This document shows, one piece after another, positions 17,418 through 25,543 of a stretch of 32,000 bases of DNA. The DNA lies in the NCBI RefSeq assembly GCF_000008665.1, contig NC_000917.1, positions 2,040,001 to 2,072,000 on the forward strand, written 5' to 3'. Position 1 is the stretch's first letter. Every line of letters starts with the position of its first letter. The position numbers and the translations under genes were made by a program. The notes under the pieces are model-generated. The model had not been told where the DNA came from, did no database searches, and saw nothing but the letters and a program-made list of their open reading frames with translations. Source of the stretch: Archaeoglobus fulgidus DSM 4304. GTDB lineage: Archaea > Halobacteriota > Archaeoglobi > Archaeoglobales > Archaeoglobaceae.

Positions 17418-19017
17418 TCTCATCACCTCTGAAGAGGTACCTGTATCCTCTCGTTGCAACGAAATACATCGAGACCATACCAAAGGCAGCAATGGCAGCT
17501 ATTATTACGCCCATGAACACCGCAAACTCAAAGCTTCTCCCGTAGCCCACCACCGTTACAAGCTCCTCAGGATATAGAATTCCGTAAACGGTCCACGGCT
17601 TCCTTCCCACTTCCCTGACGTACCAGCCCAACACTGATGGAACCGCAGCCCCGAGGAAAACTCCAATGGGTAGAATCAACATAGCTCTTCTGCCAAGAAT
17701 TCTGTCCACCAGCGAAGAGAGCAGCGGAAGCTTCCTGAAGTGGGCGAAGAGGGCTATGGCCGACACAAAGCCGATAACGCCGAAGGCTATCTTGGTGTAG
17801 TAGGCAGCGTGAACCACAGCAATTCTGCTCTCAGCCTTCTTTAAGTCGGCAAGGCATATCTGCCTCAGCTCCGTATTCCAGGCATTCTGAATCTCTTCCG
17901 AGCCAACCTTTACCCCAACCTGCTTGGCTGTTGCGATAGCAGCATCCATGGTTATCCCAAGCTGTCCAGCCAAATCTCCAAGCTCTGCATCACCTAGGGA
18001 GTTGCACTGCCTCTCAAACTCATCAAAGCCAACAATCGGCCTTGATGGGTCGCCGTAGGCAACAAGGGCAATCATTGGATTGTAGAAGGTTTCCTTAGCA
18101 TTTTCCATCATGGCAAACTTTGTTGGGTTCATCTCCACAACTCCGTCTCCCATGAAGTGGCCCAGAATTGTCGGCTGGATGAGGAAAAGCACGAGAATTA
18201 CAAGTGAAGCAACTTTTGCCGCTTTCAAATTCCTTTTCTCACCGCCTGTGTAATATCTGAGGGAGAAGGCAAGCAGGGCTATGGAAACTCCAACGGAGAA
18301 GGCTGCAAAGAGCGCATGAAGGGCGGAGATAGCTGCGAATGGGTTAAAGATTGCAACGTACGGGTCTGTTAGAATTACTCCGACCTTCCCTGCCACCTCT
18401 GGATTCTGGATTATTGCCTGAATGGGCATTCCCGAAGCGATGGCCAGAATTTTCAGAATTACAAGCTTCTGGGCATCTGCAGCAAGCCCGCCAAATTCAG
18501 GCATGAAGGGATAAATTGACTTGGCAATGGGTCCAGTTCCCCAAGGAGCTACAAGCCACGAGTTCACGCTCATTATCAGAACGCCTGAAAGGGCTGCAAA
18601 AATCCAGTAAACGGCGAGAATGGCAATGCTGTAGGAAGTTCTTATGCGGCCAAGAGTCACTATGAAGAGAACAAGGGTGGCGATTTCGTTGGCAAAGGCG
18701 AGGAGCTCAAGGGCGAGGGGGGCAAAGGCAAAGCTCGCTATGGCGAGAATCGTCCCGGGCCACGCCTGAACCAGACCGAACTCCACAAGAGTTCCCGTCA
18801 CAGCACCAAGGGCGAAGTTTATGGCAAGAACCGCAGTCATAATCTTTGCAGTTTTGAAGTAGTCCTCGTCGCCAGATTTGCTGTATTTCAAGAGCAGACC
18901 AATTATCACCAGCGGAAAGCCGAGTGTTATGCTCAGGAACACTGCGTGGATGTAAATACCAAGGGCAGACAGTCCCAGCAACCAGCTTGCATCTATGATG
19001 GTCTCACCTCCCGACAC
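17410..19017 (-). CDS. cydA: Cytochrome bd-type quinol oxidase subunit I
   Basis: 535 aa; IHAVFLSITLGFPLV; NFALGAVTGTLVEFG; QPTILGHFMGD; GWYVREVGRKPWTVYG. Start is GTG 19017. Confidence 0.9.
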   Translation of the reverse strand: MSGGETIIDASWLLGLSALGIYIHAVFLSITLGFPLVIIGLLLKYSKSGDEDYFKTAKIMTAVLAINFALGAVTGTLVEFGLVQAWPGTILAIASFAFAPLALELLAFANEIATLVLFIVTLGRIRTSYSIAILAVYWIFAALSGVLIMSVNSWLVAPWGTGPIAKSIYPFMPEFGGLAADAQKLVILKILAIASGMPIQAIIQNPEVAGKVGVILTDPYVAIFNPFAAISALHALFAAFSVGVSIALLAFSLRYYTGGEKRNLKAAKVASLVILVLFLIQPTILGHFMGDGVVEMNPTKFAMMENAKETFYNPMIALVAYGDPSRPIVGFDEFERQCNSLGDAELGDLAGQLGITMDAAIATAKQVGVKVGSEEIQNAWNTELRQICLADLKKAESRIAVVHAAYYTKIAFGVIGFVSAIALFAHFRKLPLLSSLVDRILGRRAMLILPIGVFLGAAVPSVLGWYVREVGRKPWTVYGILYPEELVTVVGYGRSFEFAVFMGVIIAAIAAFGMVSMYFVATRGYRYLFRGDENE

Positions 19018-19100
19018 TTAACTATAATCTACATAAAATTTAATCTTTTCGTTCGATTATCGAAAGCAAATTTTTTAAACGATTTATTGTTAGTAGAACC

Positions 19101-19208
19101 ATGGAAGAGAAAAAGAAAAAGGAGTACTACGAGGGGGAGGAGGTTAAGGCCGAGAAGAAGAAGCTCTACTACTACGGCGAGGAGACGAAAGCAGAAAAGA
19201 AGGAATAG
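19101..19208 (+). CDS. Short ORF (35 aa), K/E/Y-rich, two internal repeats; not in the supplied ORF track
   Basis: MEEKKKKEYYEGEEVKAEKKKLYYYGEETKAEKKE*; codons dominated by GAG/AAG/TAC; TATA-like ttttttaaac at about 19070-19079. Confidence 0.5.
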   Translation: MEEKKKKEYYEGEEVKAEKKKLYYYGEETKAEKKE

Positions 19209-19962
19209 AGTGGTTGCGTGGATCGAAAGCAGGAAGCTCTTCAATGCTTAGAGGGGAGCAAATCCTTGAAACGAGCCCGTTGAGGGAATAAGGTAGCCTT
19301 ATCAACCTCATTTCTCCGTTGGTTACCCACTCGTCAATGGCGTAGTGTGAATAGGCTTTGGCCAGCTCCACCCGCTCCTCTCTGCTCATCTTTAACGCTT
19401 TTCTGTCGAAAACATGGATGTGGAATCCCCTGCCTGAGAAAACCACTCTCAACTTTTTGTATTCAGCCCTGAGCTCGTCGTAAAGGCTTAAGGTAAGCTT
19501 TCTCACTTTTTTGAACTCAAGCATGCAGAAGCTCAGCCCCTCCCCCCTCTTCATCTTGTCCTCTATGCTTCCGTGGTAGGGGCAGGAAACGTTCTCAGGG
19601 TCGATGTCGAATGCAAGCTCCTGTCCCAGAAAGTTCTCACAACCCCAGCAGTTTTTGTAGTCGCATCCTCTCTCAACGCACAGCTTAATGTCTGAGTAGA
19701 CGTTGCGGTCGTAGTAAACCCCCTCAGGCAGATACTGCAGAATGTAGTCGAGGACATCCGCCAAACCTTTGTGCTCGTCGATGATTACAGCCTTTCTCTT
19801 TATGTCCTCATATTCCGGGAGGTAAATGTCGGAGTGCCTTCCGATGATTACCGCAAAGGCGGTGTTGCCTATATCCCTCCAGCCAAGCCATTTCTCAACC
19901 CTATCGAGGCTGAACTCGTAGCGGTAGAAGCTCTCCCTCTCTCTTAAGGTTGATGGGCGCAT
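19144..19962 (-). CDS. priS: DNA primase small subunit (PriS)-like, C-terminus atypical
   Basis: From ATG 19962: MRPSTLRERESFYRYEFSL; CWGCENFLGQELAFDIDPE (metal DxD-like); LRVVFSGRGFHIHVFD; AIDEWVTNGEMRLIRLPYSLNGLVSRI. Confidence 0.78.
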   Translation of the reverse strand: MRPSTLRERESFYRYEFSLDRVEKWLGWRDIGNTAFAVIIGRHSDIYLPEYEDIKRKAVIIDEHKGLADVLDYILQYLPEGVYYDRNVYSDIKLCVERGCDYKNCWGCENFLGQELAFDIDPENVSCPYHGSIEDKMKRGEGLSFCMLEFKKVRKLTLSLYDELRAEYKKLRVVFSGRGFHIHVFDRKALKMSREERVELAKAYSHYAIDEWVTNGEMRLIRLPYSLNGLVSRICSPLSIEELPAFDPRNHSIPSFLLSSPRRSSRASSSRP

Positions 19963-20020
19963 CCCCTTTGGAAAGCGGTATTTCACGATTAAAGTTGGTT
20001 GAAATAATATAACACCTTCG

Positions 20021-21055
20021 CTAGTTCGTGTAACTTCTGAGTGCAACAATCCTCCTCAAAGCCTCAAAGTTTCCGAGTAAGGCAATGATAACGAGTGCCA
20101 AGGAAGGAAGGTTAACAACCGAGCATGCGAAGATTATGAGGAGGCGAAAGTCCCTCGTAATTGGTATTGCAAAGCCTTCCGGGCTGTAGGTTCTCATGTA
20201 GGCGGCAACAAACTTGTCTCCCGTGTAAGCAATCATGAGTGAGGCGAAGGCAGCGAGAAAGCCGATTATCCAGTAAACGGGATTGGATGCTGAGAGGACG
20301 TAGGTTATGGAGAAAACGATAATGAAATCAGAATACCTGTCGAGAACGCCATCAAGCCAAGCACCATACTTGGACTCCATGAACTTGAGCCTTGCAATCT
20401 CCCCGTCGCAGCCGTCAATAATGCTGTGTAGCTGGATAATTACTCCAGCCAGAAGAGTTGTGAGATAGCTATTGAGGAGAAAGAGTGCTGAGCCTACTAA
20501 GGAAAGGAAAAAGGAGAACACCGTTATCTGGTTGGGAGTGACGCTGGTGTCGGCGAGAAGCCTTGAAATCCTTAGGGAGACTTTCCTGTTGATTTCTCTT
20601 GCAATCCACCCGTCGTAGTAAGCTGGCTTCAATCCCGTTCTTTTAGCCTTGATGAGGGAGCTCAGAAGGAGCTTTTCTGCTGTCTTGAGGTTGTCGTTGG
20701 AGAGTTTGATAGCCCATATCTCGTAACTTTCCAGATTGTTCAGAGAAAGGTATTTTTCTATGGACGATTGCAGGTTACCATCAAATACAGTCCTGAAATC
20801 CCCTCCAAAAAAGTATCCTACTGTAAAACCATCGGAAACAAGTATTTTCCTGCCTTCCAGCAGCAAGTCTCTCTCAAGGATGAGAACTGGCTCAAGAATA
20901 ATTAAATAATCCTCAGCCTCTTCCAGTGAGAGTTCGTCGAAAAATCTCACATCAAAGCCTGCCCTCTGGAGAGTCTTTTCTATCCTCTCTCTGAGCGTTA
21001 ATCCAAGCAGCTTTTCCCCGTAAATCTCATGGTTTTTAACGTACGCTAACCTCAT
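20021..21055 (-). CDS. CDP-alcohol phosphotransferase with N-terminal degenerate nucleotidyltransferase-like domain (AF2299 type)
   Basis: 344 aa; DGCDGEIARLKFMESKYGAWLDGVLDRYSD matches DGxxARx8GxxxDxxxD; soluble N-terminal approximately 135 aa; ATGA overlap with the upstream gene. Confidence 0.9.
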   Translation of the reverse strand: MRLAYVKNHEIYGEKLLGLTLRERIEKTLQRAGFDVRFFDELSLEEAEDYLIILEPVLILERDLLLEGRKILVSDGFTVGYFFGGDFRTVFDGNLQSSIEKYLSLNNLESYEIWAIKLSNDNLKTAEKLLLSSLIKAKRTGLKPAYYDGWIAREINRKVSLRISRLLADTSVTPNQITVFSFFLSLVGSALFLLNSYLTTLLAGVIIQLHSIIDGCDGEIARLKFMESKYGAWLDGVLDRYSDFIIVFSITYVLSASNPVYWIIGFLAAFASLMIAYTGDKFVAAYMRTYSPEGFAIPITRDFRLLIIFACSVVNLPSLALVIIALLGNFEALRRIVALRSYTN

Positions 21056-21948
21056 AATCCGTTAAAGATAGGATACTTTTGCCTCCTAATTCCAATTAGC
21101 CCGTGAGCCAGAACTGGCAAAGCGATGGTAGCATCGCAGTTTACCTGCACCTTCTTGGCCTTGCCGCTTATCTTGCCCCAGCTGACCCCCTCCTCAAAGG
21201 TGCAGCCGCTCAGCCCTCCAAACTGCGGGACGTCTGTTGTTATCTGAATGGCATATTCGTGGCCTCTGACGTCGTAGCCTTTAAGCCTCGCCACAACCTC
21301 GGTCTGCTGGATGAAGTTCTTCGGCACTCCTCCACCAACATAAATGACCCCTGTTTTTTCTGAATTCACCACTATCTCAGTGAGCTCTTCAACGTCCCTA
21401 ATTGTGTCTATAACCACCTCTCTTTTGGCTAAGGCGGCAGCTATGCCGATGGAGCTGTCAGCTATTGCCGGACTGAATATCGGGACTTTTGACTCGTAAG
21501 CTGCAATAACAATGGAGTTTCTGTCCTTGACGTTGAGTCTCCCTGCAATCTCCTCAAGGAATTCTCTTGAAGACATAACTCCACTCATCTCTGAGATTAT
21601 CTCTGCAAGAGTGTAGTCAATTACGTTGAACTCCTTTTCGTAGGCAAAGACGTCGTGAATCCTGTCGATTCCCTCTTCAAAAAGCTTGCAATCGTTTACG
21701 TGCTCGCTGCCCATAAAATGCCTGAACCCCATCGCCTCGTGGATGTCGTGGAAGAGATTCGCCCCCGTGGAAACCAGAACGTCAATGTAGCGGTTTCTTA
21801 TGAGCCATGCGATTATCTTCCTCATCCCTGCAGGAACCATAGCCCCGCTGAGCCCCATCAGAATCGTTATGTTCTCCTCCCGAAGCATTTCGGTCCAGAT
21901 TTCAAAGGCTTCTCCCAGCTTCCTCCCCTGAAATCCCGTCCTTGCCAT
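21052..21948 (-). CDS. dys: Deoxyhypusine synthase
   Basis: 298 aa; GLSGAMVPAGMRKIIAWLI; GANLFHDIHEAMG; CTFEEGVSWGKI with the active-site Lys. Confidence 0.94.
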   Translation of the reverse strand: MARTGFQGRKLGEAFEIWTEMLREENITILMGLSGAMVPAGMRKIIAWLIRNRYIDVLVSTGANLFHDIHEAMGFRHFMGSEHVNDCKLFEEGIDRIHDVFAYEKEFNVIDYTLAEIISEMSGVMSSREFLEEIAGRLNVKDRNSIVIAAYESKVPIFSPAIADSSIGIAAALAKREVVIDTIRDVEELTEIVVNSEKTGVIYVGGGVPKNFIQQTEVVARLKGYDVRGHEYAIQITTDVPQFGGLSGCTFEEGVSWGKISGKAKKVQVNCDATIALPVLAHGLIGIRRQKYPIFNGL

Positions 21949-22008
21949 TGATGAAAGCAGTTCTGCGAAGTCTTCTCGTAAACCTCAATCGGCTCTGTCG
22001 GCCTCATT

Positions 22009-22569
22009 TCAGATCACGAAAACGGCAGCGGCAACAACGGTTGTGCAGTCCTCAACATCAGCCTCAACCGTGATGTTGAACGTCCTTGCAGGCTCTATTT
22101 CGAAAGCTGTCTTAAGCATGTAGGCCGCGCTCTCCTCCGCGTGCCTTCCAGCATCCTCTCCATTGCAGTATCCGTGGTATTCGGTTAGATATCCGTTTAG
22201 CGAGGGGTCGGGAGGAATCGCAGCCCCAACGCTGGCGAAAATCCTCTTCCCCTGCTCGTTGCTTGTCATTCTGGACATCACGCAGAAGACTATCTGTCCC
22301 GGAAAGAGCTCCGACAATCCCTTTTCAGCTTCCACAATCTCGCAGTAAGGTGGGTAAATGCTGCTTACAGTGACGAGGTTGAACTTCTCTATCCCCGCAT
22401 CTCTCAGAGCGAGTTCAAAGCTCACCAGAGGGTCGGTGTGCCTGCCAACGCCTTTGGTGAAGAACACTTTTCTCGGCAGCAATTTGGGTGGAGAAATTAC
22501 CTGAGTTTCGCTTCTGGGCTCTGAGACTCCCTTAATCCCGTCCAATCCTTCGTTAATCGCCTCGAACAT
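22009..22569 (-). CDS. pdaD: Pyruvoyl-dependent arginine decarboxylase
   Basis: 186 aa; KVFFTKGVGRHTDPLVSFELALRDAGIEKFNLVTVSSIYPPYCE; self-cleavage-type VSS; MTSNEQGKRIFASVGAAIP. Confidence 0.92.
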   Translation of the reverse strand: MFEAINEGLDGIKGVSEPRSETQVISPPKLLPRKVFFTKGVGRHTDPLVSFELALRDAGIEKFNLVTVSSIYPPYCEIVEAEKGLSELFPGQIVFCVMSRMTSNEQGKRIFASVGAAIPPDPSLNGYLTEYHGYCNGEDAGRHAEESAAYMLKTAFEIEPARTFNITVEADVEDCTTVVAAAVFVI

Positions 22570-22805
22570 TTCCGTACACCTTACGGTTTAGTATACGCTG
22601 AGTATTTAAGCATTGCTTTAATTTGATTTGCCAGATGCTGATAAAATTCCACAAAACGTAACTAAATCGAAATCAGGCCATTTTTAGCGATATTTTGCAC
22701 GAAAATTAAAATCTGGAATAAAAATTTTGATTAAGAGATAAATAATAAAATTAAAATTAGGAAATTAATTATTTGACATTCGTATAAAAATTCTGAACCG
22801 ATAAC

Positions 22806-22830
22806 CAGATGATAAGATTTATATCATCTG
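22806..22830 (+). promoter_or_regulatory. Perfect 9-bp inverted repeat spanning a TATA-like element
   Basis: CAGATGATA-AGATTTA-TATCATCTG; ends 17 nt before ATG 22848; TTTATAT lies inside. Confidence 0.7.
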
Positions 22831-22847
22831 TGTAAGACTTTAATAAC

Positions 22848-23474
22848 ATGATTTTAGTCGGTGACGGCGAGGATTTGGAGCCTCCGGATGATTTTTTAAG
22901 GCGAGAGGTGGCTGACAGCGTTTTAAATTTGCTTGGCGACTATAGATTTTTGACAAAGGGCTATTTTGTGTCTCTGCATGCTGAAGAAAATGGCTGTGAG
23001 GTTTTTCCTCCCGTCAAAAACGCCCTCGATGCGTACAGAGCGCCTCTTTTCATGAACGCCGTGAGGAAGCTCGGTCTGGAAACGCCTGAGTTCAGCATTC
23101 GCTCAGAACCTAAATTCGAGCGAGGAGTGCTTTTACCACTGAACCCATTCTCCAAGAACTCAGCAAAGGTTGTGAAAACCAGCCATCAGTATGCAAAAGC
23201 CTTCAAAAGGTTAAGCATGAACCGCTATCCAGTGGTGCAGGTGAAATCCGAAAAATACGACTCCTTCAACCTTTACCTTTGGAGAGCTGACAAGGAGGAG
23301 TACAATTTCATAGCGGAGAAAATTTTCAAAGGCCTCAGAATACCGCTCGGTAAGGTTCTTGTTGACGTTACCGACGGAATGGCAAAGCCCTTCTACTTCA
23401 TGCCCGTCGAAAAGGGTGAGATAAATCTAAGGCTCGTTTTTGAGGTGCTTTATGAAAATTGCCTGCTTCGCTGA
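22848..23474 (+). CDS. RimK-like ATP-grasp partner (RLAN-like N-terminal domain as a separate protein)
   Basis: 208 aa; RYPVVQVKSEKYDSFNLYLWRADKEEYNFIAEKIFKGLRIPLGKVLVDVTDGMAKPFYFMPVEKGEINLRLVFEVLYENCLLR; overlaps the ATP-grasp gene. Confidence 0.5.
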   Translation: MILVGDGEDLEPPDDFLRREVADSVLNLLGDYRFLTKGYFVSLHAEENGCEVFPPVKNALDAYRAPLFMNAVRKLGLETPEFSIRSEPKFERGVLLPLNPFSKNSAKVVKTSHQYAKAFKRLSMNRYPVVQVKSEKYDSFNLYLWRADKEEYNFIAEKIFKGLRIPLGKVLVDVTDGMAKPFYFMPVEKGEINLRLVFEVLYENCLLR

Positions 23475-24312
23475 AAGCTACAACTTCAAGAGCAAAGAGG
23501 AAAGACAGGCCATGGAAATCTTCAAATCCACCGCTGAAAGCATGGGCCACAGCTTCGATGTTCTTGGAAAGGAAATCCTTTCGAGGATTGACGATTACGA
23601 CTCAATTTTCATTAGAGCAACAACCGACCCGCTCTTCGTATCTTACGTTGTGTCAAGGCTGGCTGAGGAGAAGGGAAAGAAGGTCATAGACGATTCCGAG
23701 AGCATCAGAATCTGCTCCAACAAGATAGACATGTACAAAAGGCTCATGAAAAATTCCGTCAGAATTCCAAAAACCCTGTTCTTCTACGGCGACTTTGAAA
23801 ACCTTGAGAGCTATGCTGAACAGCTCGGATACCCTGTTGTGGTTAAAAGTCCGAATTCGAGGTTCTCTCTGTATGTGGAGAAGGCTAACAGCTATCAGGA
23901 GCTGGTTAAAACAGCAAAGAGGTTCATGAAGAGGAGCAAGGCTCTGATTCTGCAGGAATACTTGCCCACAGCATTCGACTGGAGGGTTGGAGTGCTGAAA
24001 GGAGAGGTAATCTACGTATGCAAGTACTTAATGCCGAAGGGTGGTTGGAAGGTCTGCGACAATGTAGAGGGAAAGAAGACGTGGGGAGACGTGAGGGCAA
24101 TTAAGGTCAAAAACGCTCCCACAGAGCTGAGAAAAACTGCGGTGATGGCTGCGAAGAGCATAGGGGACGGGCTGTATGGAGTGGACATAAAAGAGGTCAA
24201 TGGCTGTTACTACGTTATAGAGGTCAACGACAATCCCACAATTATGCACGGCTACGAGGATGCCAAGAATCCTGAGCTTTACCAAAAGATTATTCAGGCT
24301 CTGGTAGGCTGA
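23452..24312 (+). CDS. ATP-grasp ligase, RimK-like
   Basis: 286 aa from ATG 23452; LGYPVVVKSPNSRFSLYVEKANS; LILQEYLPTAFDWRVGVLKGEVIYVCKYLMPKGGW; YYVIEVNDNPTI metal-binding motif. Confidence 0.88.
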   Translation: MKIACFAESYNFKSKEERQAMEIFKSTAESMGHSFDVLGKEILSRIDDYDSIFIRATTDPLFVSYVVSRLAEEKGKKVIDDSESIRICSNKIDMYKRLMKNSVRIPKTLFFYGDFENLESYAEQLGYPVVVKSPNSRFSLYVEKANSYQELVKTAKRFMKRSKALILQEYLPTAFDWRVGVLKGEVIYVCKYLMPKGGWKVCDNVEGKKTWGDVRAIKVKNAPTELRKTAVMAAKSIGDGLYGVDIKEVNGCYYVIEVNDNPTIMHGYEDAKNPELYQKIIQALVG

Positions 24313-24350
24313 ACCATTTGATTTTAATATTTTAAGGGTGAGGGATTACT

Positions 24351-24689
24351 ATGCAGAAAGAACTAATTAACGAAATAATCGGGGAAGTTAAGCCGAAAGC
24401 GATAGCGCTTTTCGGCTCTCAGGCTAAGGGAAAAGCGGGAAAGTTTTCTGATTATGATTTGCTGATAATAACAAAGGATGAGGAGAGCAGAAATAAGGCG
24501 GAGAAGTTTGAGAAGGGCAAGGTTGAGATACATGCTCTGACCATGAGAACCGCTCTGGAGCTGATTCATAAAGGAGACCCTTTTTTCACCCAAATCGTAA
24601 AGGAGTGTAAACCGATTTATGGGGAGTTCTACATCAAGTTTTTGAGAGAGGTGGCTGAAAATGTTGGAAAAAGCAAGGTTGTGGCTTGA
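24351..24689 (+). CDS. MNT-type minimal nucleotidyltransferase (putative antitoxin)
   Basis: 112 aa; AIALFGSQAKGKAGKFSDYDLLIITKD, the GSxxxGxxxxxSDxDL signature. Confidence 0.88.
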   Translation: MQKELINEIIGEVKPKAIALFGSQAKGKAGKFSDYDLLIITKDEESRNKAEKFEKGKVEIHALTMRTALELIHKGDPFFTQIVKECKPIYGEFYIKFLREVAENVGKSKVVA

Positions 24690-25069
24690 GAGAGCTAAAG
24701 CGGATTTAAAATCTGCTGAAGTGCTGATGGACATAGTTCCTGCCGACAGTATCTACCACAGTCAGCAGGCTGTGGAAAAGGCCATTAAAGCAGCACTTGT
24801 TTTGAAGGGAATAGGTCAAGGAGCACAGAGTTTCCGGCTTATTTTACGACGAGTTCGTCATTCTGTACCCCCAGCTTGAGGAAATTTACGAAATAGCTGT
24901 GGAGCTCGAGAAGCACTGGTTGAGAACGAGGTATCCGATAGACTACTCAAAAGGAGTCTGGAATCCGCTTGACGCTTACAAAAAAGATGATGCTGAGAGG
25001 TATTTCAGGCTGGCAGAAAGGTTCGTTAAGGAGCTTGAGAAATTTTTGGAGGAGGAGTTCGGTGTTTAG
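24661..25069 (+). pseudogene. HEPN-domain protein (putative toxin), interrupted by an apparent one-base insertion near 24814
   Basis: MLEKARLWLERAKADLKSAEVLMDIVPADSIYHSQQAVEKAIKAALVLKGI, then in another frame VKEHRVSGLFYDEFVILYPQLEEIYEIAVELEKHWLRTRYPIDYSKGVWNPLDAYKKDDAERYFRLAERFVKELEKFLEEEFGV*. Confidence 0.8.
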
Positions 25070-25543
25070 CTAACTCAAAGGAAACTCACCAACCTTCTCA
25101 GTTTCAGGTTCGTCAATCTCCAGAATCCTCCTCAAAGCCCTTTCATCGAGTTCTTTAACGAGAGTCTTAATAGCTTCCACAGCCCTTTCGTACTGCTTCC
25201 TGTAAATCCCCTCGTTTTGCCTGAGAAGCGTTACAATCGGGCATATTGACTCCTTTTTGAGGTATATATCAATTTTACCCTCCCTCAGGTCGAAGGTGAA
25301 AGGTCCTGCAACGCAGGTTTCGGGCTTGATGCTGTGAATCAGGCATTTCTTCTCTTTCTCATCAAAAAACACGCAGTAGCCGTTTTCCTTCATCTTTGGA
25401 TGTGTGTATTCTTCAAAATCGAAAAGCTCTAAGCTTATTCCGGAATCCAGCAGAATCCTCAGCCTCCTTTCAGTAATTGGAGGTTTGGCATCGATGCAGC
25501 ACTTCCCACCGCATCTGGAGCAGACTTCGTAAAAGTCAGTCAT
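25070..25543 (-). CDS. YkgJ-like CxxCxxxCC protein (putative Zn/Fe-binding)
   Basis: 157 aa; VCSRCGGKCC, GYCVFFDEKEKKCLIHSIKPETC, ESICP Cys pattern. Confidence 0.8.
   Translation of the reverse strand: MTDFYEVCSRCGGKCCIDAKPPITERRLRILLDSGISLELFDFEEYTHPKMKENGYCVFFDEKEKKCLIHSIKPETCVAGPFTFDLREGKIDIYLKKESICPIVTLLRQNEGIYRKQYERAVEAIKTLVKELDERALRRILEIDEPETEKVGEFPLS

Noticed and set aside
19029-19244. 71-aa minus-strand ORF, Leu/Phe-rich
   Set aside because: Apparent hydrophobicity arises as the antisense of AAG/GAG codons of the short 19101..19208 ORF; not considered a CydX-like subunit.
18946-19251. 101-aa plus-strand Arg-rich ORF
   Set aside because: Out-of-frame reading of the same AAG/GAG-rich region; repeated RRR is a codon artefact.
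22631-22800. A/T-rich non-coding stretch considered as a small RNA or CRISPR leader
   Set aside because: No repeat array and no stable structure recognised by eye; only the palindrome near 22806 is well supported.
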